Below are positions 62,781 to 64,000 of a stretch of 64,000 bases of DNA, piece after piece (position 1 is the first letter of the stretch; every line of letters begins with the position of its first letter). Under the pieces are notes generated by a model, which made no database searches, had not been told where the DNA came from, and was given only the letters and a program-made list of their open reading frames with translations. Source of the DNA: Gemmatimonadota bacterium (GTDB taxonomy: Bacteria > Gemmatimonadota > Gemmatimonadetes > Gemmatimonadales > GWC2-71-9); assembly GCA_041482275.1 (NCBI GenBank), contig JBGPDL010000003.1, positions 10,962 to 74,961 of the forward strand, in the 5' to 3' direction. Both the position numbers and the translations under genes were made by a program.

Positions 62781-64000
62781 AGCTCGAGGTTCTCACCATC
62801 GGCACCGAGCTCTTGCTCGGTCACACCGTGGACACGAATGCCGCCGAGTTGGGCCGGGCGCTCGCCGCCGCGGGCGCGGAGATCGTACGCCGCACCACCG
62901 TGCCCGACCAGCCCGACGCCATTCGGGCGTCGGTCGCGGAGGCGCTCGAGCGCACCGGGTTCGTGATTACCACCGGCGGCCTGGGGCCCACGCGTGACGA
63001 CATGACCAAGACCGTCGTGGCGGGGCTGCTCGGCAAACGGCTCGTGCTCGACGCGCCGCTGCTCGCGAGCGTGGAGGCGCGCTTCAAGCGCCTGGGTCGA
63101 CCGATGCCCGCCATCAATCGCACGCAGGCCGAGATTCCCGAAGGCGCCACGATCCTCCCGAACCCGCGCGGCACAGCGCCGGGCCTGTGGGTGGAGGACG
63201 GACGCGGCCGGGTGGTGGTGCTGCTCCCCGGCGTGCCGCGCGAGATGCGCGGGCTGCTGGTCGAGGAAGTGCTGCCCCGGCTGGTCGAGCGGCAGGGAGG
63301 CATGCGAGCTGTGGTCCTGTCGCGCACGGTGCGCACGACCGGTGTGCCGGAATCGGCCCTGGCGGAGCGCATCGGGCCGATCGAGTCCGAGATCGCTCCG
63401 CTCACGCTCGCTTACCTGCCCTCGCTGGAAGGCGTAGATCTCCGGGCGACCGCGTGGGGGCTCGAGCCTCAGGACGCTGAGACGCGGCTGGCGGCCGTGG
63501 TGGAGCGCCTGAGGGTGGCGGTGGGCGAGCACGGCTACGGAACGGACGACGCCGATCTCGCCGCACGCGTGCTGGAGGCGTTACGCAGCGGGCGCCATCG
63601 GCTGGGCGTCGCCGAGTCGTGCACCGGCGGGATGCTCGCCGAGCGGATCACCAACATCCCGGGGGCCTCTGATACCTTCATCGGCAGCGTCGTGGCCTAC
63701 GCGGACGTGATCAAGACCGCGGCGCTCAAGGTGCCGCTCGAGACGCTCGAGGCCCATGGCGCCGTCTCCGAAGCAACGGTGTGCGCCATGGCCGAGGGCG
63801 CCCAGCGCCTCTTCTCGGCCGACTGCACGATCGCCGTCACGGGCGTCGCGGGTCCGGGAGGCGGGACGCCGGAGAAGCCCGTGGGAACGGTGTGGCTCGC
63901 GGCCCGGGTGCACACCACCACGCGAGCGGTGCAGCGCGTACTCCCGGGCGACCGCTACGAGATCCGCGCCCGTGCGGCGCAGGCGGGTCTCGACCTGCTG
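62777..64000 (+). CDS. cinA: CinA (competence/damage-inducible; MoCF-binding domain plus PncC-like nicotinamide-nucleotide amidase domain), 3' end runs off the window
   Basis: Absent from the ORF track because no stop is reached. GTG at 62777 (GTGA overlap) gives VKLEVLTIGTELLLGHTVDTNAAELG. Downstream LGVAESCTGGMLAERITNIPGAS is the CinA C-domain signature. Confidence 0.85.
   Translation, partial: MKLEVLTIGTELLLGHTVDTNAAELGRALAAAGAEIVRRTTVPDQPDAIRASVAEALERTGFVITTGGLGPTRDDMTKTVVAGLLGKRLVLDAPLLASVEARFKRLGRPMPAINRTQAEIPEGATILPNPRGTAPGLWVEDGRGRVVVLLPGVPREMRGLLVEEVLPRLVERQGGMRAVVLSRTVRTTGVPESALAERIGPIESEIAPLTLAYLPSLEGVDLRATAWGLEPQDAETRLAAVVERLRVAVGEHGYGTDDADLAARVLEALRSGRHRLGVAESCTGGMLAERITNIPGASDTFIGSVVAYADVIKTAALKVPLETLEAHGAVSEATVCAMAEGAQRLFSADCTIAVTGVAGPGGGTPEKPVGTVWLAARVHTTTRAVQRVLPGDRYEIRARAAQAGLDLL

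Noticed and set aside
1-64000. Genomic island, prophage or defence system
   Set aside because: There are no integrase, transposase, phage structural, toxin-antitoxin, restriction or cas-like signatures. No tRNA-flanked boundaries and no extended compositional shift; only short AT-rich promoter-size patches.

Overview
Very GC-rich, densely packed window that looks like core chromosome of a diderm bacterium: outer-membrane beta-barrel, lipoproteins, TonB_C-like domain, PilT and MglA/MglB. The phylum cannot be proven from sequence alone. I support about 60 protein-coding genes, many joined by 1-4 nt start/stop overlaps (ATGA, GTGA, TAGTG). Recognisable blocks are listed below.
- secY-adk-map (tail of the spc operon)
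- formiminotransferase-cyclodeaminase plus an IMPase-like gene
- trpS, pilT, purA, glyQS, corA, priA
- an arginine/ornithine-related group: LOR/SDH-like gene, fur, pdaD
- a murQ-anmK-nagZ peptidoglycan-recycling operon divergent from ggt
- an FHA / kinase-like / PP2C / FHA-protease signalling operon
- an AmiC-like amidase
- a large gluzincin-propeller-barrel outer-membrane protein
- a zinc-ribbon Ser/Thr kinase
- nrdJ, pyk, a class II aldolase, ltaE
- the classical ffs-dnaX-ybaB-recR block, then mglB-mglA, pgsA and cinA

I found no rRNA, tRNA, CRISPR array, transposase, integrase or prophage signature.

The ORF track cannot show several non-coding features. These are a 4.5S-type SRP RNA upstream of dnaX and a family of heptamer-built palindromic intergenic repeats (3 full copies plus 1 solo arm). 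There is also a 26-bp perfect palindrome between ggt and murQ, several intrinsic-terminator-like hairpins, and a recurrent TTGnnn-N17/18-TAnnTT promoter pattern that often implies leaderless or near-leaderless mRNAs.

The most unusual coding observations are:
- An FHA/PP2C operon whose kinase has lost its catalytic core, whose protease domain lacks the His/Asp segment, and whose last gene has an in-frame TAG before its FHA domain.
- Two paralogous small zinc-ribbon proteins flanking a MOSC gene.
- A ubiquitin-like beta-grasp mini-gene translationally coupled to a deacetylase.
- A membrane MPN/JAMM-like protein.

I see no clear-cut novel defence or mobile system. All functional calls rest on motif recognition by eye, not on database searches.
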